From Neptunomonas sp. (GTDB taxonomy: Bacteria; Pseudomonadota; Gammaproteobacteria; Pseudomonadales; Balneatricaceae): a DNA stretch of 64,000 nt. Below are positions 8,930 to 17,759 of the stretch, piece by piece; the first letter of the stretch is position 1; the number at the start of each line of letters is the position of its first letter. Location: the NCBI GenBank assembly GCA_048267385.1, contig JBLWXO010000012.1, forward strand, positions 44,283 to 108,282. Direction: 5' to 3'. Below the pieces are notes generated by a model. It was given only the letters and a program-made list of their open reading frames with translations. It was not told where the DNA came from and did not search any database. The translations under genes and the position numbers were made by a program.

Positions 8930-11602
8930 GTGGTAGAAAAGCTTTTTTATAAATCTTATTGGTTAGGCAAGTACTTCGGTAATCGATTTGAAGAGATCCG
9001 TTTAGATGATGCAGGCCTTATGCTAAAAGGCACCTATCAAACGCCAGTAACACTCGCCTGGACGGATGTCAGTAGCAGTGTCAGACATACGCCAGGCATC
9101 ATATTCGACAAAGTTGTCTTTGAGTCGGCGGGGAAGAGAACCTCCGTTGGATGGTTACATAAAAGTAACGCATTATCGTTGACGACGTTATTTACAGAAA
9201 AATATTACACCCATCATTCTGATTCCGCTGCAAAGTTACTGAGCAAAATATCCAGTTATCTGCAAAAAAACGGCTATCTACGGACAAGCCATTGTAACGC
9301 TATTCGTGACTATATCAGCGCAGCGTTATTGGAAATACCGTCGTCTTCTGACGTGTTAAGTCTGTCTAATACTAGCAAGGATATTTTCGCTCAACTTAAA
9401 CAGTGGGCGGAGTTAGACGCTGCGATGATTGACGACATAAGAGCGCAATATGTCGCTGAGCAGAAGCAGCGCTATCAAGCGCTTTTCGACGGAATTGAAT
9501 CGAACCCATTAACCGAAAAACAGCGTGAAGCCTGTATTATTGATGACGATAATAATCTTGTTTTAGCCGGGGCAGGCACAGGTAAAACCAGCACTATGGT
9601 AGGCAGAGTCGCTTATCTGTTAGACAGTCAGCAGGCCGCTGGACACGAAATATTAATGCTCGCCTTTGGTAAAAAAGCTGCCCTGGAAATGCGTGATCGC
9701 GTCACTGAAAAACTAGGGCAAACCTCAGTAAGCGCATGGACATTTCATGTATTAGGTCAAATGGTTATTTCACATGTAGAAGGCGAGAAGCCGTCCATTT
9801 CGCCACTCGCGAGTGATGAAAAACTGCTGAATAACCACGTAGAACAATGGTTTTCAGACTTGCTTGAAATACAGCCTTACAAAGAAGCAACCCTGAAGTA
9901 TTTTGAAAAGTACCTTTTTCCAGAAGCCAACCCCTTCGATTTTAAAACGCAGGGAGAGTACTTCGAATACATCCGAGCCAACGAAATAAGAACACTAAAA
10001 GGCGAAAACGTTAAGAGCTTTGAGGAGTGTCTCATTGCTAATTGGCTGTTTGCTATGGGGATTGAATATAAATACGAGCTACCATACCTCGAAAGCAATA
10101 CCAGAACGCCTGATTTTAAGCAGTACCAACCTGATTTTCACCTCACCGAGTTCGGCATCTATATTGAACACTTTGGTATCGACAGAGAGGGAAACACAGC
10201 GCCCTATGTAGATACAGCACGCTATAACGCAGGCATTCAGTGGAAACGCCAACTGCATAGTAAACACGCCACACGGCTGGTTGAGACATACCACTATGAA
10301 CAACGTGAAGGGTGCTTGTTATCCAATCTGGAAAAAAAATTAGCAAGTGCCGGGGTTCTGTTTGAGCCTTTGCCTGCGGATTCGGTTTTACATACCTTGC
10401 GTGAATTCGGCGCGATTAGTAAGTTTTCTGTGCTGCTCTCAAGTCTTTTAAAGCGGTATCGCGCTAATTGCTATATGCCTGGTGAGTTAGAGCGATTAGC
10501 GGATCATTTAGAAACGACTGGCCAGCTAAAAGCGGCAATGGATTTACTCAGACCCATTATTGAGCGTTACGAAGCCTTATTGAAATCGAATAACGAAATC
10601 GATTTCGAAGACATGATCGCTAAAGCAATACAGTATATTAAAGAGGGATCATTCACATCGCCCTGGTCGTATATTCTGGTTGATGAGTTTCAGGATATAT
10701 CCCAACCCCGTGCGCGCTTGGTTAAGGCATTAAGAGATTCCAAAAAGGGCACATCCGTATTCTGTGTAGGTGATGACTGGCAGGCAATTTATCGTTTCAC
10801 GGGCAGTGATATAGGCCTCACCACCGGTTTTGAGTCTTTGTTTGGGCCTACACAAACGACCTCGTTAGATAAGACATTCCGGTTTAACAACAGTATTAAT
10901 AATGTAGCTTCACAGTTTGTGATGCGAAACCCATCTCAAGTGAAGAAACAGATTACAACGCATTGCGTTGTGCAAGAACCGGCCGTATCGCTGGTCATGA
11001 AACCCATCTCAGATAACGATCTATTTAACCCCATCTTAGAGATACTTCAGAAAATAGCAGGCATGGCCAAGCAGGGGGCTTGTGTCTACCTATTGGCCAG
11101 ATATCACTTCAGGCTATTAGAATTTAAAGAACTGGCACAGTTAAAGCGCTTGGTTCCGGGGCTTAACATTGAGCAGCATTCGTTCCACACCTCCAAGGGT
11201 AAGGAAGCTGATTACGTTGTCATTCTGGGATTAGATAACACGAAGAATGGATTCCCTTCACGAAAGCTGACCCATCCGCTTTTAGAAGTGTTGCTGCCTA
11301 AAGTAGAGCCATACCTTGATGCGGAAGAAAGACGCTTATTCTATGTAGCCATGACGCGCGCTAAACATCGCTGCTATCTGCTAACAGATATGAACAAAAC
11401 CTCGGACTTCGTCAAAGAATTATTGGCAGATGACTACGCTATTGAACTGAATGAATTTGATACCCAAGCATCTCAGTTAATGGCACCAGAACATGAGTGC
11501 CCATCCTGCAAAACAGGCACACTCGTAAAGAGGGAGGGACCTTATGGTTCTTTTATCGCCTGTACCCATTATCCCCTTTGTAAGCATACAGCGCGTACTT
11601 AA
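8930..11602 (+). CDS. UvrD/HelD (helicase IV)-like SF1 helicase with inserted nuclease-like segment and C-terminal Zn ribbon
   Basis: AGAGTGKT, VDEFQD, VGDDWQAIYRF, SKGKEAD and EERRLFYVAMTRAK motifs; insert YQPDFHL...IYIEHFG; C-terminal CPSC...C...C. Confidence 0.85.
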   Translation: MVEKLFYKSYWLGKYFGNRFEEIRLDDAGLMLKGTYQTPVTLAWTDVSSSVRHTPGIIFDKVVFESAGKRTSVGWLHKSNALSLTTLFTEKYYTHHSDSAAKLLSKISSYLQKNGYLRTSHCNAIRDYISAALLEIPSSSDVLSLSNTSKDIFAQLKQWAELDAAMIDDIRAQYVAEQKQRYQALFDGIESNPLTEKQREACIIDDDNNLVLAGAGTGKTSTMVGRVAYLLDSQQAAGHEILMLAFGKKAALEMRDRVTEKLGQTSVSAWTFHVLGQMVISHVEGEKPSISPLASDEKLLNNHVEQWFSDLLEIQPYKEATLKYFEKYLFPEANPFDFKTQGEYFEYIRANEIRTLKGENVKSFEECLIANWLFAMGIEYKYELPYLESNTRTPDFKQYQPDFHLTEFGIYIEHFGIDREGNTAPYVDTARYNAGIQWKRQLHSKHATRLVETYHYEQREGCLLSNLEKKLASAGVLFEPLPADSVLHTLREFGAISKFSVLLSSLLKRYRANCYMPGELERLADHLETTGQLKAAMDLLRPIIERYEALLKSNNEIDFEDMIAKAIQYIKEGSFTSPWSYILVDEFQDISQPRARLVKALRDSKKGTSVFCVGDDWQAIYRFTGSDIGLTTGFESLFGPTQTTSLDKTFRFNNSINNVASQFVMRNPSQVKKQITTHCVVQEPAVSLVMKPISDNDLFNPILEILQKIAGMAKQGACVYLLARYHFRLLEFKELAQLKRLVPGLNIEQHSFHTSKGKEADYVVILGLDNTKNGFPSRKLTHPLLEVLLPKVEPYLDAEERRLFYVAMTRAKHRCYLLTDMNKTSDFVKELLADDYAIELNEFDTQASQLMAPEHECPSCKTGTLVKREGPYGSFIACTHYPLCKHTART

Positions 11603-11608
11603 CTGACA

Positions 11609-11656
11609 ACACATGATTGCTGAGCTGAATAAGCACCCGGCTCAGCAATTATGTGT
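11609..11656. terminator. Bidirectional hairpin between the convergent helicase and rnr genes
   Basis: ACACATGATTGCTGAGC / GCTCAGCAATTATGTGT, a 17-bp stem with one G-T pair. Confidence 0.65.
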
Positions 11657-11662
11657 GATGTG

Positions 11663-14014
11663 TTAGCGCTTAGATTTACCCGCGTCCTTATGCTGGTTGC
11701 CTTTGCGGCTTTTGCTTTTGACCGGTCGGTTATCATCTGATTCAGACGCCAGTTCAAATTCAATTTTACGTTGATCCATATCGACCCGTACAACACGGAC
11801 ATTAATGCTATCACCAATACCAAAGTTGGTGCGGGTGCGCTCACCGACTAAGCGCTGCTGTGCCGCATCAAACTGATAATAATCGTTATTCAGGGCGGTC
11901 ACATGTATCAGGCCTTCAATCAGCGTATCATCGAGTTCAACAAATAAGCCAAAGTTAGTGACACTGGCTATTACGCCGCTGAAAGTATCGCCCACATGTT
12001 CCTGCATATATTCGCATTTAAGCCAGGCTTCTACGTCCCAGCCAGCTTTGTCAGCCCGGCGGGAGACCCGCGAGCAATGCTCCGCCATCGTCTTCATTTT
12101 ATCCAGGTCGTAAGGGTAGCTTTTTCCGGCCTCCAGAAGAGTAGCGCTTTTAGTCCTGCGTACAGGATCGGAACCCATACCCGTCACTTTTTTGAACATC
12201 CGATGCAGCGTACTACCACTTTCACTACGACGGATAACCGAACGGATGGCACGGTGAACCAATAGATCAGGATAGCGTCTGATCGGCGAGGTAAAGTGAG
12301 CATAGGCGGGATAAGCAAGACCAAAATGCCCCTGATTATCGGCTCGATATTCCGCCTGGCTTAGCGAGCGCAGCATCATAGTGCGGATAACCGCCGCATC
12401 GTTCCGTTCGTGAATGCCGCGCAGCAGAAGATCATAATGCGCAGGCGTTGGTTTATCGCCACCTGACAAATTAAGGCCTCGCTCACTAAGAAATCCACGT
12501 AGATTAATCAGCTTCTTTTCGGCGGGTCCTTCATGCACCCGATAGAGCGCAGGCAGATTTAATTTTTGCAGAAACTGAGCCGTAGCCACGTTCGCGCAGA
12601 GCATAAACTCTTCTATCATTTTATGCGCATCGTTACGTATAACCGGCACTATCTGATCAATTTTTCTGCCTTCGGTAAATTTGAACTGAACTTCCTGTTT
12701 TTCAAAATCAATCGACCCGCGCTTAGTCCGGGCCGTTCTTAACCTTGCATACAGTTGATGTAAGGCGTGAATATGCGGCACGACAGCATGATGATTTTTA
12801 GCGACCTGTTTACCCAAGCCTTGTTCCGGCGACGATAATAAAGCGCCTACCTGATCATAGGTCAGGCGGACATGCGAGTTGATAACACCTTCAGAAAACT
12901 TATACGCTGATATTTTACCCGCGTGGCTAATCGCCATTTCACACACCATGACCAGCCTGTCGACATGCGGATTGAGCGAACACAAACCATTCGACAGTAC
13001 TTCTGGCAGCATCGGGACTACGTGACCTGGGAAATAGACCGAGGTGCCTCTTTCTTCAGCTTCCTGATCCAGTGCGCTATCAGGTACGACGTAATGCGAC
13101 ACATCGGCGATAGCGACATATAAGCGCCAGCCGCCGGATGTTCTTTTTTCACAATACACGGCATCATCAAAATCCCGGGCATCTTCACCATCGATGGTGA
13201 CAAAAGGTAAGTGCCTTAAATCAGTCCGATGCAGTTTATCGGCATCTTTTACCTCATTCGGCATGGCTGCGGCTTCATCGAGCACTGTCTGCGGCCATTT
13301 ATACGGAATGTCATGGCTACGAATAGCCACATCGATCTCCATGCCGGGCGCCATTGAATCTCCAAGAATTTCAACAACTTTACCTTCAGCGTTAAAGCGA
13401 TCGCATGGATATTCAGTTATTTCTACAGTGACGTATTGGCCTGCCTTTGCACCCTTTAACTGGTCATCTGCAATATCAATCTCGTTACGAATCCGGCTGT
13501 TTTCAGGCTGTAAAAAATAATCACCTTCGTCGTACACTAAACGGCCAACGATCTGAGAGGTATTTTTCTCGAGAATATCAACAATCCGGCCTTCCTGACG
13601 GCCACGACTATTAACACCGCTGATAAGGATGCGTACCTTGTCACCATTAAACACTTTAAGCATCTGGCTATCATGTAAGTAGATATCATTACCTACACCT
13701 TGTTGTGCCAGAAAGCCAAAACCATCGGGATGCCCAATGACGAACCCTTCAATAAAATCGTCTGCGCGTAGCAAGCTATAACCATTTCTTGGGTTGAACG
13801 CTAATTGTCCATCGCGCTCCATTGCCCGAAGACGACGTCTTAGGGACTCCTGATCATCACTGCTGGATAGCTGTAACAGCTTGCCGAGTTGATCCCGGTC
13901 TAGCGTTTTCCCTGGTTCATCAAGCAAGCCCATAATGTATTCCCGACTAGGAATGGGGTTGCTGTATTTTTCATAATCGGCGGCATCAATTGCCTTTTGT
14001 GAGTCTTTGCTCAT
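11663..14014 (-). CDS. rnr: Ribonuclease R
   Basis: N-terminal HTH and cold-shock domains (GHPDGFGF), RNB catalytic TIDGEDARDFDDA, HFTSPIRRYPDL, S1 domain and basic tail. Confidence 0.92.
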   Translation of the reverse strand: MSKDSQKAIDAADYEKYSNPIPSREYIMGLLDEPGKTLDRDQLGKLLQLSSSDDQESLRRRLRAMERDGQLAFNPRNGYSLLRADDFIEGFVIGHPDGFGFLAQQGVGNDIYLHDSQMLKVFNGDKVRILISGVNSRGRQEGRIVDILEKNTSQIVGRLVYDEGDYFLQPENSRIRNEIDIADDQLKGAKAGQYVTVEITEYPCDRFNAEGKVVEILGDSMAPGMEIDVAIRSHDIPYKWPQTVLDEAAAMPNEVKDADKLHRTDLRHLPFVTIDGEDARDFDDAVYCEKRTSGGWRLYVAIADVSHYVVPDSALDQEAEERGTSVYFPGHVVPMLPEVLSNGLCSLNPHVDRLVMVCEMAISHAGKISAYKFSEGVINSHVRLTYDQVGALLSSPEQGLGKQVAKNHHAVVPHIHALHQLYARLRTARTKRGSIDFEKQEVQFKFTEGRKIDQIVPVIRNDAHKMIEEFMLCANVATAQFLQKLNLPALYRVHEGPAEKKLINLRGFLSERGLNLSGGDKPTPAHYDLLLRGIHERNDAAVIRTMMLRSLSQAEYRADNQGHFGLAYPAYAHFTSPIRRYPDLLVHRAIRSVIRRSESGSTLHRMFKKVTGMGSDPVRRTKSATLLEAGKSYPYDLDKMKTMAEHCSRVSRRADKAGWDVEAWLKCEYMQEHVGDTFSGVIASVTNFGLFVELDDTLIEGLIHVTALNNDYYQFDAAQQRLVGERTRTNFGIGDSINVRVVRVDMDQRKIEFELASESDDNRPVKSKSRKGNQHKDAGKSKR

Positions 14015-14307
14015 ATATCTCTCAAATAAAGACGCCTTGTATTTTTTCGAACAGTGACTCGATCTTTAATCCAGGCAGAGCTCAGTCATAACGGGGCAAT
14101 ACGCAGGCGGTGATCACTCAATTCTGTCGAGTGAAAAAGTTGCATGGTTATGATTGTTTAGCGTTCTGCGCTTCTTCGGCTGAATCCAGCCTAATCTCAA
14201 CACGGTAACAAAACACAACGCGCATAAGAGAGCAGGTATAAGAACAAAAACAATCAAGTTAGCGAAAAATAAGACGGGAATTTAAAACGGTGAGACGAGG
14301 ATACTGA

Positions 14308-14339
14308 CGAGTAATGCAACGATCGAGTAATACAACGAT
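14308..14339. repeat. Tandem 16-bp repeat
   Basis: CGAGTAATGCAACGAT followed directly by CGAGTAATACAACGAT (15/16 identical). Confidence 0.8.
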
Positions 14340-14378
14340 AACAAGTGGTTAAAATACGCTTTTTCTAGGCTGCTCATC

Positions 14379-14406
14379 ACTATATAGAGTTACCGTGCTT
14401 TGTCAA
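14379..14406 (-). promoter_or_regulatory. Sigma70 promoter for rnr (TTGACA-N16-TATAGT)
   Basis: Perfect -35 at 14406-14401 and -10 at 14384-14379 on the minus strand. Confidence 0.65.
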
Positions 14407-14524
14407 TGAATCGAGTGTTTTGCGATAGTGAAGTAATACGCTTTCGTCTTGCTGTAAGGCGTAAATAGAAGTATTTTCAGGGAATATATCAGCATTTTTT
14501 GGTGTGTGAAGAAGGGGGAGCAAC

Positions 14525-15556
14525 ATGGGTATCTTTGAGCGCTATCTTTCACTATGGGTTGCTCTGTGTATAGCGACGGGGGTTCTTCTGGGGTATTGGA
14601 TACCCGGAGTATTTTCTTTCATTGCAAAACTGGAAGTCGCCCATGTAAACCTGGTCGTTGCCGTTCTCATTTGGGTCATGATTTATCCCATGATGGTGCA
14701 AATAGATTTTTCAAAGATAAGAGATGTAGGAAAGAGATCCCGGGGGCTTGTCCTGACACTCATCATCAACTGGCTGATCAAACCCTTTACGATGGCGGCG
14801 CTGGGATGGTTGTTTTTCAAAGTACTATTTATTGATTATGTTGATCCCGCATCAGCGAGTGAATATATAGCCGGTATGATTCTACTGGGTGTTGCCCCTT
14901 GCACTGCAATGGTATTTGTATGGAGCCAACTGACCAAGGGAGACGCTAACTACACCCTGGTGCAAGTATCCGTAAATGACATCATCATGATTTTTGCCTT
15001 TGCGCCGATCACCGCATTTCTATTGGGCGTTAGTGACATTACTGTGCCATGGGAAACCTTGTTGATATCGGTCGTTCTCTACGTTCTTTTGCCGTTGATT
15101 GCAGGAATAACTACCCGTCATTATCTTGAGAAGAATAATGACGGAGAACAGATTACTTCATTTCTATCCAGTGCAAAGCCTTGGTCTATTGTTGGTTTGC
15201 TAAGCACCGTTATTCTTTTGTTTGGCTTTCAGGCACTGAGAATTCTGGAACAACCAATGATAATTATGTTGATAGCCATACCTTTGTTAATTCAAACCTA
15301 TGGGATTTTTGCAATAGCCTACGGTGCAGCAAAAGTCTTAAAGCTGCCGTATAGCATAGCGGCCCCTGCCTGCATGATCGCCACGTCCAACTTTTTTGAG
15401 CTCGCCGTTGCTGTCGCTATATCGTTGTTTGGCTTACATTCTGGGGCCGCATTGGCCACGGTTGTTGGTGTGTTGGTTGAAGTCCCTGTGATGCTATCAC
15501 TCGTTTTCTTTGCAAATAAAACGCAGCATTGGTTCGCGTTGAATAAAATGAAGTAG
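14525..15556 (+). CDS. acr3: ACR3-family arsenite efflux transporter
   Basis: [32 protein letters not shown] and [11 protein letters not shown] motifs. Confidence 0.92.
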   Translation: MGIFERYLSLWVALCIATGVLLGYWIPGVFSFIAKLEVAHVNLVVAVLIWVMIYPMMVQIDFSKIRDVGKRSRGLVLTLIINWLIKPFTMAALGWLFFKVLFIDYVDPASASEYIAGMILLGVAPCTAMVFVWSQLTKGDANYTLVQVSVNDIIMIFAFAPITAFLLGVSDITVPWETLLISVVLYVLLPLIAGITTRHYLEKNNDGEQITSFLSSAKPWSIVGLLSTVILLFGFQALRILEQPMIIMLIAIPLLIQTYGIFAIAYGAAKVLKLPYSIAAPACMIATSNFFELAVAVAISLFGLHSGAALATVVGVLVEVPVMLSLVFFANKTQHWFALNKMK

Positions 15557-15586
15557 CAAATTACTACAAGCAGGTGAGGACATTAG

Positions 15587-16417
15587 CTAAGCGGTCGATA
15601 CGGGCCCACCATTATTGAATAGAAGGTTAGCGTCAGTCGATGTCGCCTCTACCTTGATAAACTGCATATTAACCTGGCCGACTATATTGGCAAATGATGT
15701 GTCCGCTGCATCGCGTCCAATACCAATCCTGACCAGCCCACTTACCGGTGCCATTCGTGTCGCATCAAAAAGATACCAGCGGTCTGCTAAATAAGCTTCA
15801 AAAAAACCATGAAAGTCAGGTGGCTCCAAGCCAACGGCGTAGCCCGAAACATAACGAGCAGGAATGCCAAGAGCACGGCACAACGCTATGCTGACATGGG
15901 CAAAATCCCGACAGACGCCAGCGCGCTGAATTAGCACATCACACGCGCTGGAAGAAGCGTCTGTACTGCCCGCAACGTAATCAATATGCGCATTTACCCA
16001 ATTACATATCTGATCAACACGGGAGTAACCTCTTTGCAACTGACCAAACTCTTTCCAGGCAAAACGTCCGAGACGGTCAGATTCACAGTATCGACTAGGG
16101 TTTAAAAAGGGCAGTACCGATGTAGGTAATTTCATATGTTCAACTTCACTCAAATACCTGACTTGCTCGATTTCTGGTGATAGTTGCACGGTAGCGCTAT
16201 ATCTAATGCTCAACTCACAAGGCTCCGCTTTTAAGCGCAGCCCACGGCAACCAAAATCATTAAGCTGGCACCACTCACTATCGATAGCGGGCGATAGAGT
16301 GAGAGTTTCTTCCACCGTTTTTTGATGCATCGTATTGGCCGCTGCAATGTTTAATACAAAGCTTGCAGCAGAATCAATGGTGTAAATAAGTTCTGATGAT
16401 ATTTTCACAAAATGCAT
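15587..16417 (-). CDS. Transglutaminase-like family protein
   Basis: LNPSRYCESD, GVCRDFAH, IPARYVSGY, DFHGFFEAYL and GRDAAD motifs give the Cys-His-Asp triad. Confidence 0.88.
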   Translation of the reverse strand: MHFVKISSELIYTIDSAASFVLNIAAANTMHQKTVEETLTLSPAIDSEWCQLNDFGCRGLRLKAEPCELSIRYSATVQLSPEIEQVRYLSEVEHMKLPTSVLPFLNPSRYCESDRLGRFAWKEFGQLQRGYSRVDQICNWVNAHIDYVAGSTDASSSACDVLIQRAGVCRDFAHVSIALCRALGIPARYVSGYAVGLEPPDFHGFFEAYLADRWYLFDATRMAPVSGLVRIGIGRDAADTSFANIVGQVNMQFIKVEATSTDANLLFNNGGPVSTA

Positions 16418-16786
16418 AATAGATGACCTGTAATGACTGATGGTGGTCGTGGTGATCAATAAAAACGGGTGATGCCGCCCTTAATTTAAATCGATGTATT
16501 GCTTCTAACCAGTAATAGACTAGGCATTAGTGATGACAATTACATTTTTATTCGGGGTTTTCTATTATCGCTTTGGGTGCATAGGTCAGCGCAACCCTTA
16601 GTTTCATCAAAATGTCATCATTTTCTATACTGCAAGTAACCAGCATGAATAAAGAGCGTGGAGCTAAGAAAAATCCCCTGAAAACCAACATTGCTCAGAA
16701 GCAGAATTTTCTCGTAATCTACTCTGGGTGTTATAGCTGTAGTACACTGCTAGCACACTGATTTCCAAACAAAATTGAGGCAGGGT

Positions 16787-17126
16787 ATGTCGCAGATCGT
16801 CGATTACGATGACTAAGAGTTGGAAAAAATGGCGCTGTTTTCACGACACCTGTGCCCGATGTTACGCGAGAAAATATCGGAAGAAGAAGGATAAAAAAGA
16901 AGAGTATCTAATAAAGTAGGGGAGAATGAAAGGTGCAATGCACTAGCTCAGAAGCAACGCATCAGAACAAGCTTTCCTGGGTGATTTCCCGCAGGCAGTC
17001 GATGATGCGGTTATGGAAAGCTCCGATGCCCATCAGAACCAAATGATGCAGATACTGAGTAATCCGCAGGTAGCCCAAGGCTTTGCGCGTGTCGTATTTG
17101 ATATGTTGATAAAAAACAATAAGTAG
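16787..17126 (+). pseudogene. hsdR: Two decayed fragments of a type I restriction enzyme R subunit C-terminus
   Basis: 16787-16894 reads MSQIVDYDD*ELEKMALFSRHLCPMLREKISEEEG*; 16947-17126 reads LRSNASEQAFLGDFPQAVDDAVMESSDAHQNQMMQILSNPQVAQGFARVVFDML. Both resemble, from memory, the C-terminal region of proteobacterial HsdR. Confidence 0.7.
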
Positions 17127-17146
17127 CAGTCATTAGATTAGATAAC

Positions 17147-17168
17147 CTCATAGGTTCACACCTATGAG
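17147..17168. terminator. Hairpin after the hsdR relic
   Basis: CTCATAGGT-tcac-ACCTATGAG, a perfect 9-bp stem. Confidence 0.4.
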
Positions 17169-17352
17169 TTGTTACACAACAGAGCATATACAATCCCTTA
17201 ATCGTATTAAAAGTACAGATTAAACGATACACAATACATATTAATTACTTTATAACCGATTAATGCGTGGTTGGATTGAATAACAAGCCAATAAGCCGCG
17301 CATGTACGTTACATGTAGCGGCACTTTACCCACAAAAAAGTATTCTTCGAAG

Positions 17353-17675
17353 CTCTCCGTACGAGTACGCAAAAGTACAAATAGTTTTGGAAAATTTTTG
17401 TGCTTTGTAAACGCTTTATTCAACCAAGCCAGATCTAGTGCGGGCTACAGGCTTCCAAAACTTTCTGTACTGAGTACAAGTACAAGTTTTAATTCACATC
17501 ACAATTCACAAATAGGATCAGAAGAACTCTAGAATAGAATAATTATAGATTTAACATAATATACATTATGCGAAGTTATATATTTGTACAAAAATACCTA
17601 AATATGCGCTTTACAGTTATGGTAAGTGCCTACTCTAACTTATGGCTTGAGCTGGAGAGATGCTCGTACGGAGAG
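17353..17675. repeat. Nested inverted repeats around dif
   Basis: 13-bp perfect IR CTCTCCGTACGAG (17353-17365) / CTCGTACGGAGAG (17663-17675). A 19-bp IR (17/19) lies at 17374-17392 / 17453-17471. Confidence 0.8.
17549..17576 (-). other. dif: Chromosomal dif site (XerC/XerD recombination site)
   Basis: Minus strand reads ACTTCGCATAA-TGTATA-TTATGTTAAAT: 25/28 identical to E. coli dif with a perfect XerD arm. Gene-strand bias flips here. Confidence 0.93.
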
Positions 17676-17759
17676 TCGCTAAGAATTAAATTTTGTGGGC
17701 TGAGTATCACTGATCGACACGTACAGCACGGTTTTAATGCGGGTGTATTTCGCGGCGAA

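Noticed and set aside
17549-17579. loxP-like sequence: ATAACTTCGCATAATGTAT matches the first 19 nt of loxP at 18 positions
   Set aside because: The other arm is a perfect XerD arm rather than the inverted loxP arm. dif/lox similarity is expected, and there is no Cre or vector context.
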